From positions 434,001 through 498,000 of the forward strand of contig JAYWIR010000005.1 in NCBI GenBank assembly GCA_036172245.1: a stretch of DNA of 64,000 nt. The letters are read 5' to 3'. This stretch comes from Raillietiella orientalis (Eukaryota). The position numbers were made by a program, and so were the translations under genes. Below, piece by piece: positions 12,186 through 25,324 of this stretch (positions within the stretch are counted from its first letter, which is position 1; each line of letters begins with the position of its first letter). The notes under the pieces are model-generated. The model worked only from the letters and a program-made list of their open reading frames with translations. It searched no databases and was not told the DNA's origin.

Positions 12186-15100
12186 GGAAGGAAAAAGCTG
12201 GAAGGGAAGCAGCGAAAACAGGAGAACCCTGAAGGATCTCCATCATCTGCTCTTTCGAATGTCCTCTCCTCGAAAATTGCACCAGCGAACCCAAAATTTC
12301 ACAAGCGGACATCTACCGTGGATTCGCGTTGCTCCGACCTCTTCGTGCGACAAAGGTGGCACGAAGAGTGGTGGATTCGAGTTTCCCGCGGAATCTTTCC
12401 AGGTTCGGCATGCGACCCCGTACAGCTGGGAAAACAAAATGCCGAGTAAATGGTTCTCCAATACAAAAAAGCCTAGAGATACTTTGGAATTCTCAGTTCT
12501 CTGGAGAGGCGTTGGCTGGCCTTTTCCAGCCTACAAAAGCTTGAAGAACAATGATCGCCCTTCCAGACGCTTCCTCTTAGACGGGGTTAGAGTATTTGCC
12601 GAGATCGGGGACGGCGCTTGCACGAGCACATTAAATGAGATGCAGAATCGTTCCATTCACTGTCATATAGTCAGTGCCAGCATTCATCATCATTCCCTTT
12701 ACAAAGCGCTGTTTTTTTCCCTCCCTTTCATCGGAGTGCCTTCATTCAAATTAATCGCAAAGCCTTGCGATGCTTGCCTCCGTGGAAACTCCTGATTTCA
12801 TACCTCGTGATGGTAGGTGACTTCTGTTCCCCAAATTCTCGGAAATTTTTTTTTTGTTACCAAACAGTAAAATCATGGGTCTCGGAACGCGAAGCAGGTA
12901 ATTCTTCTTTGCTGCCTGTGTAATGAGGGTGTGTACTACCAGGGTTGGTACATTGCCTGCACAGTCGCCACTAGCAACAACTGCCCGTGTACATGGAAGG
13001 TGCATGGAATGCTGAAAGTGATCCACTTTCCACAGAATTATAAGATACAACGCAATTTTTCTGTAAAGGTAATGGGAGTACAACATCCTTCAGCTCAACC
13101 CTTGAATCCCCCCAAAAAGATTTCAAGCCTCTGCATCGGGACTCTTCATTATTCAGTTTTGCTCCCACAAAATAATCTTTATTCACAAACAGTCATCTTC
13201 ATTTTGGACTGGATCACACTTTGCAATCAAAGTTATCCAGTTGGAGAAGAACTTATACTTGTCAGATCTGGCTTTTCCGGATTTTAAGCTGCAGAGCAGC
13301 GTTCTCAAGAATCATATGGCCAGAAATCCAAGAGGATTTCTGGACAAGAGGGTATCGTTAGATAGAAAGTAGTTTTGGTGAAGGAAAAACCAGCCACTAT
13401 TCCTCTAATGTTACAAGACAGACACACAAGTAACATGCAAGGGCAAGCACCACTGACATTTATGAAAACAAAATGCACAGCACTCTGAACAATCTGGGTA
13501 TGATGTTTTCACAGGCAAGTCTGCACATATCCATAATATTTTGCATTTCCTCGAAGACTTGCTCATATTCTAATGGTTTGTCTTCCCTGAACTTGTAGAT
13601 GACGTTCAGGCTATGCACTCCTTGAGCTAAAGTTACAAATGCAGAAGCTTATTTCCGGCAGAATTCTGAAACTATAACATTCGTAAGGCATTCTTGGTCC
13701 AACTGGCAGCATCCACAATTACCTCCATAGCACTTTGATTGGTGAATCCATGCCAAACCATTTACTTAGGAATCTCAGGATAAGTTGGATTGCAAATCTC
13801 AGGACACTGGGACAAGGCAGCATCTTTCTTCCCAGAAGAGCCTTTCAGCTTTTTTGTTTCTAAAGAAACGAGAAATTGATAAACCAATGCTATTAATTCT
13901 TAAGACTCTTATAGTGTAGGAGAGGCCCATACTCTCACATAAACAGCTGCAGATACTCTGCACAGAGTAAATACCCTTCACCTATCATGCATATCCCACA
14001 CAGTTCCTAGTTTCTACAACAAGATCCATTTGCAATATTAATGCTATGTCCATTTTTCAAGCACCTAGAATGCAGGAAGATGCTCTTTCGAGTCATCTGA
14101 AAATGTAAAATACTAAAGGAACAATCGTAATTGGCAATTGGATAAATACATAACAATGCCCAATTTCTTTTCCAATAGGCTTGTTCCATTTCCTTAGCAC
14201 AGATACCAAAAAGCACAGTTACTTCCTCAGAATTCAATGCCTTCCTTGAGTGATTTCTCAGATTCCCCTATTATCAACCTCCATATTACTCTTTTGATTC
14301 CTGCATTCCTTACATCATTTATTTGGTAATCCTCTGAACTCAGTGACATTCACTCCCATGATAACTACCAGGTAAAAAATCTCAGACTGCATGCTCCTCA
14401 CTAACTCTTGGGCAATTGATTCACCTGTTACAGCACTGCTACTGACATTTACATTTACATTCTGTGCCAACCAGCATACCTCTGATTAGAATACTTCCTA
14501 GACCTCAATCTACACTTGAAAAGGCATAGCTAATATATGCTTTGGATGCACCATCCCTAAATAGGACAACTGTAACTGAAATCACAAAATCGCTCACTGC
14601 ATCCCCAATGCATCTACTTTTCCCAAAAACCAATTTGCACTCATGGGTTTAGGGTATTCAGATGCTCAATAATGCCATCTGCACTCTTGTTAACTCAAAC
14701 ACATACGTTGTTTATTTTCCAACTAAGGTAATTATGTATTTCCGATTCTTTCCCAAATGCTAACATACTCAAAATTAAACTCCGATGGATATTATTCATC
14801 ACTCCAATGGACTTTCATCACATGTTAATAATATAATCATAATACTTTCCGAAAATTACACGAATTTCTTGGTAATGATCTACACTTTGCACCAAGTTTT
14901 TTTTCTTCTTCAGTAGCATTTTTGTTTGCTGCATAAATGTTCCCTGCTGAAATCATCAGTGTCGCATCAAAGTGTCCCATGCTGGTGATTCTTGGCCTGA
15001 TAGGCATTCTTAGCTATTCTGCTTCCTCAAAGGCAAATCACTGTGATGTGCTTAACCAATTTCCATTGGTCTGCATTAATAATAAAAATACCTTCAAATG

Positions 15101-15203
15101 GTAACAAAGGATTGAGAAATGTGCACATACAACAGAAGCCATGCACAAAAACAAAAAAAAAGACAAATGGACTTTCAGACTTGGAATAAAGTACTGCCCT
15201 TAC

Positions 15204-15682
15204 TCTTTGATGATGTGTGGGATTCTGCCTTCGAGAGAAGTTCCAATAAATCTGAAAACAGATCATTTTGAAATTGCAAACACAGACATGATGCAGTTTG
15301 TGATGACCTTGTCCCAAAATTGCTGCCATGCTGTCATCTTCAACATTCTCAGCTGGAAGAGCTTCAGCTTTGGTTTTAAAATTAACAATAACAGCATCGT
15401 TCTTGTGAGCTACTTCACCATTGCAGTGACTGATATTTCGCAGGTTCTCAATGAGAATACTCTGAGCCTTATTGAGCTGCCTCAAGTAACGTTTGTACCT
15501 TTCTTTGGCAGCATCCGCTATGGAAGAATGTGTAAACAAAACTTCAGCAGCGGCTGCCTTCATAAGAAATCAACTTACTCTGAATATACGGGAAGCAAGC
15601 ATGGATTGGCGAAGAGACAATGTTCATGTGCTCGACTCCATTACTTTTGGAACTAACGTTATTTTTATTTGGCATACCTTGA
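15204..15682 (-). CDS. Unidentified multi-exon gene; core exons 15682-15579, 15517-15308, 15251-15204, probably continuing toward ~13.5 kb
   Basis: Two GT-AG introns (61 and 56 nt) join in phase 1 to give ...FPYIQTDAAKERYKRYLRQLNKAQSILIENL...AAILGQDLLELLSKAESHTSSK. Further exon-like pieces lie near 13770-13860 and 13480-13630. No family recognised. Confidence 0.5.
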
Positions 15683-17729
15683 CTGAAAAGAAAAAAAAAG
15701 GCCATAAATACGCACACCCATGTATCGTGGATATGTAAAATGATTACTGCAAACAAAGTCTCAATACAATCTAATGATGACACGAAACACCAAGTGCAAG
15801 ACAAGAGACCTTCAAGAGCTTGGACGAAAACATGGCTAAGAGTTAATGCCTTGCCAAACGAGATTACGTTCGCATAATACCAAATTCAATGTCTTTCATG
15901 AGAACTTCCAGAGAAAAAGGCTTTTCCTACAAGTTTTCGTTTTTTTTCTTTTAAAAAAGGTGCTGTTCTTTGAAATGGGTTTGAAACTGAAAACTTGAAA
16001 TGGGGCTCCCATTAATCAACGCTGGGGTTTTCTCATTTGTGACTAATCACAGGTTTCATGGGGGCATGTTTCGACTGCTGGACTATAAAGTCTTCCTGAC
16101 AACATGTAATTTTTCACAATTCTGCCCCTCATTTATGCATAACATTTACATAGAACCTTGGTGAATCTACTAAACTTGAAAGTCCATCACGACGACAAAA
16201 CCAACTGATCCTTTGTCTTTCGAGAACAGGAAAACACTCGATCTCCGATTTCAATAAACTGCTTTTTCGTTACCTAATGAGTTTAACCAGGTGTTCTCAA
16301 TTAAGCTTTAAATTTCATCAGTGAAACACTCAAAAGAGGATGAAATGATCGAACGCGAAAGCAACCCTGCAATCTCCATGGTCCCGCAAGTGGACCACCA
16401 GCGATCTCCAAATCTGCCTTCACGGTACTTCACCAACGGCTTATCTAGCCATAAGTACCTTAAGAACGACTTGGCAAACTTTTTAAAAAAAATTTTTTCT
16501 TTACGGCTTTCGCAGCTTCCTTTCGATTTCCTAACACAATGAAGGCTAGAATCTCGGTTTGGAATATACCTACGCCGTTTTGAAAGGTGATGTTTCATTC
16601 TCTGTTCCCAGAAGGGAAAAGGAGTGTACGAACCGAACCGAAAAGAAATGCAATCCCGAAACTTCCTGTACGCAGACAGGTAAGTCAACGATCATAGATC
16701 CCATAGATCCTTCAGGAAACAAGATTAAGGCGCCGAAGAATGCCATGCATACAGAAGATTGGAAATATTTCGTCCTTGAACAGCTGTGAAAGGAAGGAAT
16801 TTTACTTTGCGAGGCAATGAGCGGGAATTATTATAGGAAGGAGAAATAGGTGTACATTTGGTTCCAGAAGTTCTTTTAGAAGAAGGGTTTCCTTCCTAAG
16901 AATTAAAGATCGGGCTGCAAGCCTGCGCTCAGGAGGAAAGAGTTTTTCTCTCACGTAGCTGAATTAAATAGACGGCAATACTTTGATGTACTTGTGCTCT
17001 GGAGATGTTCTCGAGGTGCTCGAGACTATTTTCTCTACATGTTGCGTTCTGTCAAAGTACTTTTTATGGTTCGTTAAAGTTCGGTTTTCATTTTTTTCAA
17101 TTTACCGGCCTTCATGAAACTGAAGGCCAATTCCCTAATGGCGGTCCCAAGGCTCCCCATTCATTTCCCGAATTCCCCTGTGCTCTTCACACGTTCGGTT
17201 CCGCCGAACGGGGAACGAGGGAAAAGAGCACAAGTTGTGAAGGCAAGCCGCGGGCCATACTCCTTGGTTAACTGCAGCCACTGAGAAACCTCCCACTGCC
17301 GGTTTATTCTTCGGAATGCCCTGGTGCCACCGGGTGATGACTTCACGCATCTCTCTCGGCAGAATGTTTGTTTGCTTGTTTGCAGCTCACAACTCCTTCG
17401 TGGGGGCCTCGCCGCACAACGTCTTTTCTTGTTTCTGGGAAGCTGGTGAAAACGGGAAACTGGTTGGGATTGATGGATAGTGGAACGAAAGAGAAAGGAA
17501 GGAAAAAATAAGAGGGCATGTGACGAGGCCTCCATACACTTGAGCACCTGCTATTTGTGCAGCTGAGAGAGCATATCCCAAGGAAAGGTTCTGTCTTCCA
17601 ATGACTGCTCTTGTCTGAGGTCGAAATTCGATTGTTATTGCTGCGGTTCAATTCTTCTTTCTTCATGTTGCAACTCACTACTCCTATTTTATTATGTAAC
17701 TTGGTAATTGTGTGATGTAATTCCCGTTT

Positions 17730-18530
17730 AAGAGTTCAAGTGGCTTGAACATGCTCGTGGCAATCTGAAATACGTGTCACGACACAGAACCATCAGATCC
17801 CTGGTTCTATTGGTTTCCAAACTATGGCGCTTCATGCTGCCAACGATTTCTACTAAGCGGGTATGGCGTTTCACTTCTGTGCATTTATTAGTCATATTTA
17901 AGGAAAGCTCTCCTGCCATTTTCCATAACCGACATCTACAGATCCATCAAGCAGAAGCGTCCGCCGAGGCTTGGCTCAGGTGGGCCAGCACCCAACTTAC
18001 TCAAAAGATGCACAAGATGAAGCATCAAATTGATTCCGCCGAGCCCGCCCAATGGGCCCTATCCCGGCTTTGTGAGGGAAGAAAAGCACCACTACACTGC
18101 TACAAACCCTAAGGAATTGCAGCAACGCTTCAACCTAAACAGATCTTCCATGGACTTCAAAGGTGGGCACACCACCTCAACGTCCCTGCTGCCAGTTTGG
18201 ATGTCCCATCCATCTATGCACAAGACAAAGGCGTGCCACTTGAAGTACAGCACCTTCTGGCCCTGGTGATACACTGGGAACGAGCCTAGGAACGAGCAGC
18301 TCCACCACATCATCCGCAAGGCAACAAGTCCAAATGGCAGTAGATGCGGAGATGAAGAAACCTTCGTGCACCTCTTCATGGAGTGCCCTTACCTAGGGCA
18401 CGGACGGAAGGGGATGGCGCTTAGCCTCTCACTCTAGGAATTGGATGCCAAAGAGCTGCTGACCAGATTCTTTAGCAAGGAACGGATCACAAAAGCATAT
18501 TCTGCTACCTTCGAGCCCCTATCTTAGCCA
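17730..18530 (+). mobile_element. Degenerate L1/Tx1-type non-LTR retrotransposon ORF2 3' fragment
   Basis: zf-RVT-like motif SRCGDEETFVHLFMECP at about 18340-18389. RSLVLLVSKLWR resembles RTLALMEKFWS/RILALVAKLWS in the 20-27 kb copies. Contains stops and frameshifts. Confidence 0.7.
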
Positions 18531-20099
18531 GACATACGAGTGAAGGAGAAACGCAATGAAAATCTCCTTGGGATATGTGGGTGTCTGCTAAATGCAGCGC
18601 GCAAGTCGTCTCATTTCAACGGAAGAGACAAAGAACTGCTTGGGACTGCAAAGCGGGTTTTGGATGCCCACACCCCAGTGATTCGTTCATCCCACCTCCT
18701 CATCCGCCCTAACCCCCCCCCCCCCACTCACTGCAGAACTCCGAGATCTTCAATTATTGGTCTCACCTTCTCCTGCCACGGGAAAAGGCATGTAAGTTTA
18801 TTGAAAACGATAAACGTCCCGGCGCAACCGGGAAACACTCATTTCCCATTGCCGAATCACTTGAAGAAGGGTGAGAACCGTTCTAATCATGCTTCAACAA
18901 ACGAGTCAGCTATTTCTTATTTGGAGATCATCCAGAGAAACCAAACACCCATGAGGAAGGAAAAGTTAGTCCCCACGGATGCAGAAATGCGCTGCATCCG
19001 TGGCGGCACGGGCAAACAAGAAGCAGACGACAATGGAAGACAAACAGCAAAAGAACTAACTTCCGTTTACTGTTTTCCAATCATGATGTCAACACGAACA
19101 TATCCCCAAGGGAACTGGTAAATCAAAGAAGTTCAAACAGCGGAAGTCGCGTGTGCGTATTCCGAATCCATGAGCGCCGTAAGCCAAAAAAAAAAAAGGT
19201 GAAGACAAAAAAAATAAGAATGAAGAACCGTGCATGGAGCTGCCAAGCACTGCACTCGTCTTGTGAGGAGCCAATGCGGAATGGTGATCAGAGCTGGCAG
19301 GGGTGCTCTTTTTTTCTTCGAAGCAGCTGGGTATGGTGGAGGATCTGCTCGACTGAGGATCCTGAGATCGTGAGAGAGCAAAAGAACGGAGAAGCCTCGT
19401 TCCCTGAAGCAGAGAGGTGGCGCAAGAGTCGCTCCGGCGGCGGAACGGAACTCTGAAGACTTTGTCGTTTCGTGCTGCACAGCTGCCAGACGTGGCTCCA
19501 GTTTCCTGTGAAATAACTCTTGAGCTGATTGCATCTTGGATGTGGAACTAAGATCGTCACAGGTGCCTTTCAGCGACCTTTGCGCTGCACAAAGGACAAG
19601 GCAGACACACCAGTGGGAGATGTGCCAGTGGGCTTAGTGCAGCTGTTGCAATGCCCCGTCTCTCGCGCAGCCCGTCGTCTGAAGTCAAAACTTGATATCT
19701 AAAAAAAAAAAAAAAATGGCGTGGCTTCTGCCTGTGACCTTGGGTTTGCCACCTGCGTTCGGAGCCTGCAGGGATTTGTTCAGGCAGATTCTTTTGCGCC
19801 CTGATCGAACCGGCTGCGAAATTCGTAGGTCAAATCTGCTCGGTGCTCTTCCTGAGCACCTGATGAGCAACGGCAGCATTCGGATGTCTCCGATGGAATG
19901 GTTTCCCTGCTCCTCGAGGATCCGTGCTTCAACCGCGCCCATGACCCAACAGAGAAAGTTGCCGAAAATACGGCTGGTGGCGTTCTCCGCATGTCGCCCC
20001 CTGCCCGCTGCAATCTCGCCTGCGCATGCGTGCGGGCGAGCGCGCCGCTTCCAACGCTTCCCACTGAGGGGGGACGACCCACTGAGGGCTTCCAACGCC

Positions 20100-20994
20100 C
20101 CCCAAATTCGGCTCAGGCCCGATGGGAGGGGGTAGGGATCTCAGCGAGGGGACGATGGGCGGGCGATTCCCACGCTCTTCGCTGGACATCGAAGGCCGGG
20201 GAGCATCTTTCCCCGTCTAAGCACAGCCTTCCGACAGCGGCGCTCTTGGTGGAGGCGCGCTCAGGGCCTCGCACCACGTGTGCGAAGCTTTGGAGCCGGA
20301 AGCCTACCGACCAACTCGCCCGAAGGACTTGTGTGGCTCCCCTTCGGGACGTCGGTCTAGGCCTGGAGCGAATGGAGTTGCAACTTCATTTCCGAACACT
20401 GGCCCTCATGGAAAAATTCTGGAGCACCACCTGGTGCCAACCTGTACGTCTCCTCGTCCGGCAAGCTACCAGCAGCGTGGGACTCGCGTCCTTACTTGCA
20501 CGCCCTCCACGCAGTCTCATCCACTGCGGACTGCACCGACTTTTTGAGCGTGGCCACCTGTTCGGCGAGTGGCCATGCTCACAAGGAAGAAACATGGGAT
20601 GGATCTCCTGCCGCCGCCTGCGAACGGTAGCGCCTGGTTGCAGGAAACCGTTTGCACGTGGGCGAGGAGCCAGGAGCCAAGTGCGGAACAGATGCGACGT
20701 TTCCTGGACGGTGCAACCACAACTGCACTCTCCGGGAGATCCGGTGACCCCGTTGAAAGATGCAGGAGTTCGAACCGCTGAAAGTGAAAGCGTATCCAGA
20801 GTCTGCTCTTCCAGAAATGGAAGGGACGACCTTTGAACACTCTTCGAAGAGTGCATGGGCAGGACTGACAACCTCCTCCCACCACCACCTCGAGGACTTT
20901 TACGCTGGGGCGAGCTACTGGGACTTCCGGTGGAAGATCTGCAGTGGCCCTCAGTGTTTATGAACACCTGTACGCCCCCTTTGCAGTGGATTGG
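20100..20994 (+). mobile_element. L1/Tx1-type LINE ORF2 C-terminal remnant
   Basis: RWEGVGISARGR...KLWSRKPTDQLARRTCVAPLRDVGLGL resembles the post-RT W...LS..GR and FxW...P...GGLGL motifs of L1/Tx1 ORF2. Confidence 0.75.
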
Positions 20995-21810
20995 CACCAA
21001 GTCATGCCAGGGCATTTATTTATTAAAAAAAAAAAAAACATACAGGTTAGTGGCAAAATGCGTGGTCCTGCCACGTCACATGTATACACGAAAAGGAACC
21101 TTCCGAGCGGCGGTTCAGGCCAGCGGGGTTCGCCTCGGCGACAGAGGGGGAGGGGGACAAACAAAAAGAAAAGTAAAACAAAAAAAAATGTATATACAAA
21201 AATTGGGAGGGTTCGGGGTTACAGGTTGTTCGAGGCCGTCCTCTGCATCTTTGTGAGGATGCCGGCAAGTTCCTGTTTTACGATCCCCAGATGAGGCGAT
21301 CTCGAATCTATCTTCATGAAGAGGACGAAAAATAAATGGCGTCACTGTCGTTGCGGCCTCTGGCGTTGTTGCTCCATGCCGCCACGGTCCCGCTGCATGG
21401 GCAGCAAAGTGCTGCTGGGGATGCGACCGACGACAGGACGTCGCGCAGGAAAAGGCGCTTCAGAACGTATCTGGGGTAGCCCTCGGGGATCCACAGGGAC
21501 GCGGCGAAACGTCCCCAAAGGGACCGGAGGGTAACACGGTCCACGAGCAGATGCGGGAGGGACTCTCTCTCGCCGCACATGCTGCAGTTGGGGGCTCTCA
21601 CTCCCCCAGGTCCTAGGGTGTCGACGGGCGTTACACGGGAGGACCTAGTGCAACAGCAGTGTCGCCGACTCCTGCCACTTTAGGGGGAGGGCGCCACTGT
21701 TTTAGCACGCTGGGGGCCCTTGTACCTCATTCGGAGGGATTTGTAGTAGCTCTCCCCAGTGTAACGGTCCTTTTGATGGGGCACTCGAAGTCGCGGCATT
21801 CGCTAGCTCC
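20995..21810 (-). mobile_element. L1/Tx1-type LINE 3' fragment with zf-RVT and 3' UTR
   Basis: Minus-strand NCSMCGERESLPHLLVD at about 21540-21590, then a T-rich 3' UTR and AATAAA near 21015-21024. Confidence 0.75.
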
Positions 21811-22418
21811 CGAGTTGCCATTGAAGTGGCAGGAGCCGGTGCTGCTGCTGGTGCACTGGGGCCTGCCGGCGGGCGTTGCACTCTTTGCCGCTACCCTAGA
21901 AACTCCCTGGCGGCAACTCCAGGTACTCTTCAAGACCCCTCCTCCTACGCGAAGCCCTTTAGCCGGCAGACTTGCTAGCAGCCCTTTGCTGCCTGAGCGG
22001 GATTGTGGCATCCCTAGGCGACACAAGGGGAGGACAGAGCGAGATGTGCCACATCCACTTCACTTCATGAAGCGGTGTTCGCTTCATGAGGACGGCAACC
22101 AGATGGTTCCACCTGGGCAACAGCATCCAACAAGAGATTGCCGGCATCTTCCGAAGGATGCAGAGGACCTCTCCCAGCAGAACGTCATCCCTTGCCTCAC
22201 CCCACCAGAATTTATTTATTTATTTTTATTTTTGTTTCTTTTTTTTAATCTTTTTGTTTGCCCCCCTCTCCTCTGCTGCCGTGGTGGACCTTACCGGTCT
22301 GCGAACCGGCAACGGAGCAGGCTACCGGTAAAGCGCACGTGGTTGAATCACTGGTCCAGCCACAATCTTCGTAAATGTGTATTTTTACATGAAATAAACG
22401 CCCCGGCGCACCTGAGTG
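21811..22418 (+). mobile_element. L1/Tx1-type LINE 3' fragment (zf region deleted) with 3' UTR
   Basis: LPLKWQEPVLLLVHWGLP, FMRTATRWFHLG..IQQEIAGIFRRMQRT, and a UTR ending AATAAAcgccccggcgcacctgagtg (22393-22418). Confidence 0.7.
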
Positions 22419-22560
22419 CAGGAGTCCAGGAGTCCACGAGGGCATCGCAGTCCATCAGGAGGTGCGGGAACGATCCGGCATTGCCCCGCACCTGAAACGG
22501 TCCATGGACGCAACTGTCCCGGGGACCGGGTTGCCTGCGCTGGCAGCAAAGGACACTTTG
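22419..22560 (-). mobile_element. Short LINE zf-RVT fragment
   Basis: Minus-strand GSFPHLLMDCDALVDSW. Confidence 0.55.
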
Positions 22561-23589
22561 GTCCAGGAAAGCAGAACATCCCATTTCCACGTCAACACTG
22601 AAGTACCCACACACGAAGAAGGGACCACTAGTTCTTCAGAGGGGACCCGAAAGGAGTAGAGGCTTCACGTCTCTTTGAGCAGAGTGGCTGGTCGCTAGCT
22701 GCCGCTGCTACCGCAGCGTCCCGTGCTGTCCACGCGGAGCCTCCGCCTCCGGGAACGGCGCCGAGAGTGGACGGCTCGACAGGGAAGCCGCCGTCCTCTT
22801 CGTCGTCCGGTTTCTTCGGACCGGGGCGAAGAGGACAGTGGCTTCTTCTTCTTCCCCAGACGCCGAGGTGCTTCCCCACTCCTCGGAGCACCCTTTATCA
22901 CCTCGATCTGCGTGCAGAGCGGAGCGGTTATGGAAGGTCGCGCAGGCTCTACTTTGCTAAAAGGCTTAGAAGACCTGAAACTTCCGGAGACCAGATCGCC
23001 TTCATCCCTGAGTGGAAAGGCGACCTCCAGATGTCTGCGCCAACGGGACTCAAGAGACGAGACGGATGCTGATACGCGCTCGCGCTGCCTTCCTCTCGCT
23101 TATGCATCTTCCGAAATCGTCCGCACTTCCGGATGGCAGTTGCGCTGGCATCTCCTTCAGCAGGCTCCTCATCTCATTCCTCTTCGAGAGACCACAGTCG
23201 AAGGGTACAAGGATATCCTGCCGGCATCGCGGATCTGGCGGGCACGTGTTTAACGATCGCGGAGCGACAGGAGTGCTGCCGCTCGACGGATCAGCTCCGC
23301 GTCTCGACTTCGTCTTGCAGTAAAACGTGCCGACGGCGACTCGTAGCGTTTCCGAGCAGCTTTCAACAGCCCTGCGCCCGCTGCTTCCATGGCAGACGCA
23401 GCTTCCGTTCCTTCACGCTCAAGTGTGCATATTAAGCACATGTAATCGCACTGCTGCCTGCAACCACTGCTGTCTACCGTAAGGCGGAGCCTACGCCTGC
23501 CTGTTCTGGGAGCGGCTCGCATGCGTTTCGGCAAAAGAGGCTTCTGGAGAAGAAAGTAACGTGCACATTTCGATAAAAATGGCGGGTGC

Positions 23590-23900
23590 CGTTCCAGCGA
23601 GGGGAGCAGGGCTGCAGTCAGAGGAATTTCGGTGTCCAGCCATTCGCCGAGATCGGTGAGCGCCATTCCCGTGGTATCGCACCGTCCGCATGGAGAGCGA
23701 AAGAATCAAATGGAGCAGGGCCGGGAGGGCAGCACAGTCGACGAGCGGATGAGGGAGGGTCTCTCTTTCTCCGCGCATGCCGCACTCCGCTCCCGCCCCC
23801 TCCCGGGTCCAGAGGCGGAGGCGCGCTTTGCACGGGATTCCCCGATTGGCTATCAGCAGCGCCGCCCCCTGCCACTTCAGAGGGAGGATGCGCTGCTGTA
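23590..23900 (-). mobile_element. LINE zf-RVT fragment
   Basis: Minus-strand ILPLKWQGAALL...AECGMRGERETLPHPLVDC, same family as neighbouring fragments. Confidence 0.65.
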
Positions 23901-23939
23901 CGCAAACACCGGAGACCACGTCAGGTCTACACGGGGAAG

Positions 23940-24461
23940 CCTTAGCAGCTCGTTCCAGTGGAGAAGTTCTCTAAGTCATTGGAGAACAGGTACAGAGACT
24001 ACTGTACTGTTTCCACAACAACGGCTCGCTCCAAGAGATCACCGAACATCCCGCGAAGAGCGCGTGGGAGGGAAGGACCTTCCTCGCCGCAGCGCTACCC
24101 TAAGGCAACACATGGGCAGCAACTTTGCGGAAAGATGGGAGGTCAGTGCGAAAATCTCCGCCAAGGTAAAGGACGGGATGAGTGGACGACGGACTAGCTT
24201 AGAGACGCATTGACCCTAAGTGTCCCACCACAAGGACCTTCGCGCTGGGGAGATCTGCAGGGTCTCCAATACTCCTGGACACTCACTCACTCACTCACAC
24301 TCAAGAGGGTGCTCTTATTGAAGTGGCAGCAGTTGGTGCTGCTGCTTCTATTGCACTGGGACCTCCCATGAAACGCTTGCCGGCATCACTGGGTACAAAA
24401 GGTGGGGTGGGCCTCAACTGTGGCAGGTGGGGGAGGACGAAGCCCTTCAGCACCTGCTTTC
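23940..24461 (+). mobile_element. LINE ORF2 C-terminal fragment up to zf-RVT
   Basis: LRQHMGSNFAERWE is homologous to FREHLGSSIAANWE (26180-26404, -). Ends NCGR/GEDEALQHLLS. Confidence 0.7.
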
Positions 24462-24900
24462 CACTCAGGTGCGCCAGGGCGTTTATTCCACAAAGAGAAC
24501 AAGCTACCTGGGAACAAAGTTCCCAGACAAAGGGAAAAGAAGTTCGAGGGTTAGACTCCCCGACATGCAGGCCTGTCACATCGAAAGTCCGAAACGGGAG
24601 GGAGAGGACCACAGATACATATATGAAAAATACAGAGAAAGATATGGAGGAAAGGGGGGTTAGGGACCTTGGGTTCCGCCGTTCCTTCCTTTGAGAACTG
24701 GCGTTGTATGCGGGAGATCTTCCTCAATTCTTCCGTAAGATGAGGCCACCTGATAGCCGTCCTCATGCTGGCGTCGGCGATTTCGGTGACCTTCTTAGGA
24801 AGCGCCCGCGACTCCAGCTGGCAGCAGGCCGTGACGATGACGCGGATGCAACAGATCCTTGCGAGGACCTCACCTAACGGAAGACCGCCTCGCGTGAAGA
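24462..24900 (-). mobile_element. LINE 3' end fragment with terminal motif
   Basis: Minus-strand SMRTAIRWPHLTEELRKISRIQR. The terminus at 24462-24487 matches 22393-22418 at 25 of 26 positions. Confidence 0.65.
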
Positions 24901-24909
24901 AGCGGTGCA

Positions 24910-25320
24910 TGACATCCGTTGCAGTGTCCCCCTGGTGCAGGAGCGCTGAAGGTAACCTCCAGCGCCTGCTTATGGACTGTGTTGCCCGCCCTCCGGTCCC
25001 TCTGGGAACACTTCGCCGCAACCCTAGGAACCCCCGGTAGCAATCCCAGGGACCCTTTAAGGCTCCTCGTTCGCGACGCACTTCGGCCCGCAGCCTCGCC
25101 TGCAGCCCTCTGCTGCCTACGCAGGATCGTCGCTTCCTGGAGCGATGCACGAGGAGGACCGAGAGACAGGGGTGCCACATCCACTTCGCCGTCCGATTCA
25201 TGAGGATGGCAACGAGATAGCCCCACCTGGATCATATACAGTGTGGACTTGCCGGCAACCTCGAAAGGATGTAAAGGACCGCCCTTAGCAGGACGTGATT
25301 CCTTCACGCACCCCTCCCAC
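24910..25320 (+). mobile_element. LINE 3' fragment
   Basis: ALRSLWEHFAATLGTP...FMRMATR, homologous to 21314-21601 (-) and 25813-26052 (-). Confidence 0.7.
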
Positions 25321-25324
25321 GTTC

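Noticed and set aside
11995..12795. 266-aa ORF
   Set aside because: Starts inside SINE copy 1 and has no protein-like features.
19440..19560. Gypsy RT-like motif (SAQELFHRKL, minus strand)
   Set aside because: No following YxDD motif or other LTR-element features.
20995..22418. Simple twin-priming 5' inversion as the cause of the inverted LINE pairs
   Set aside because: Both arms contain the 3' terminus and overlapping consensus segments, which a single twin-primed insertion should not.
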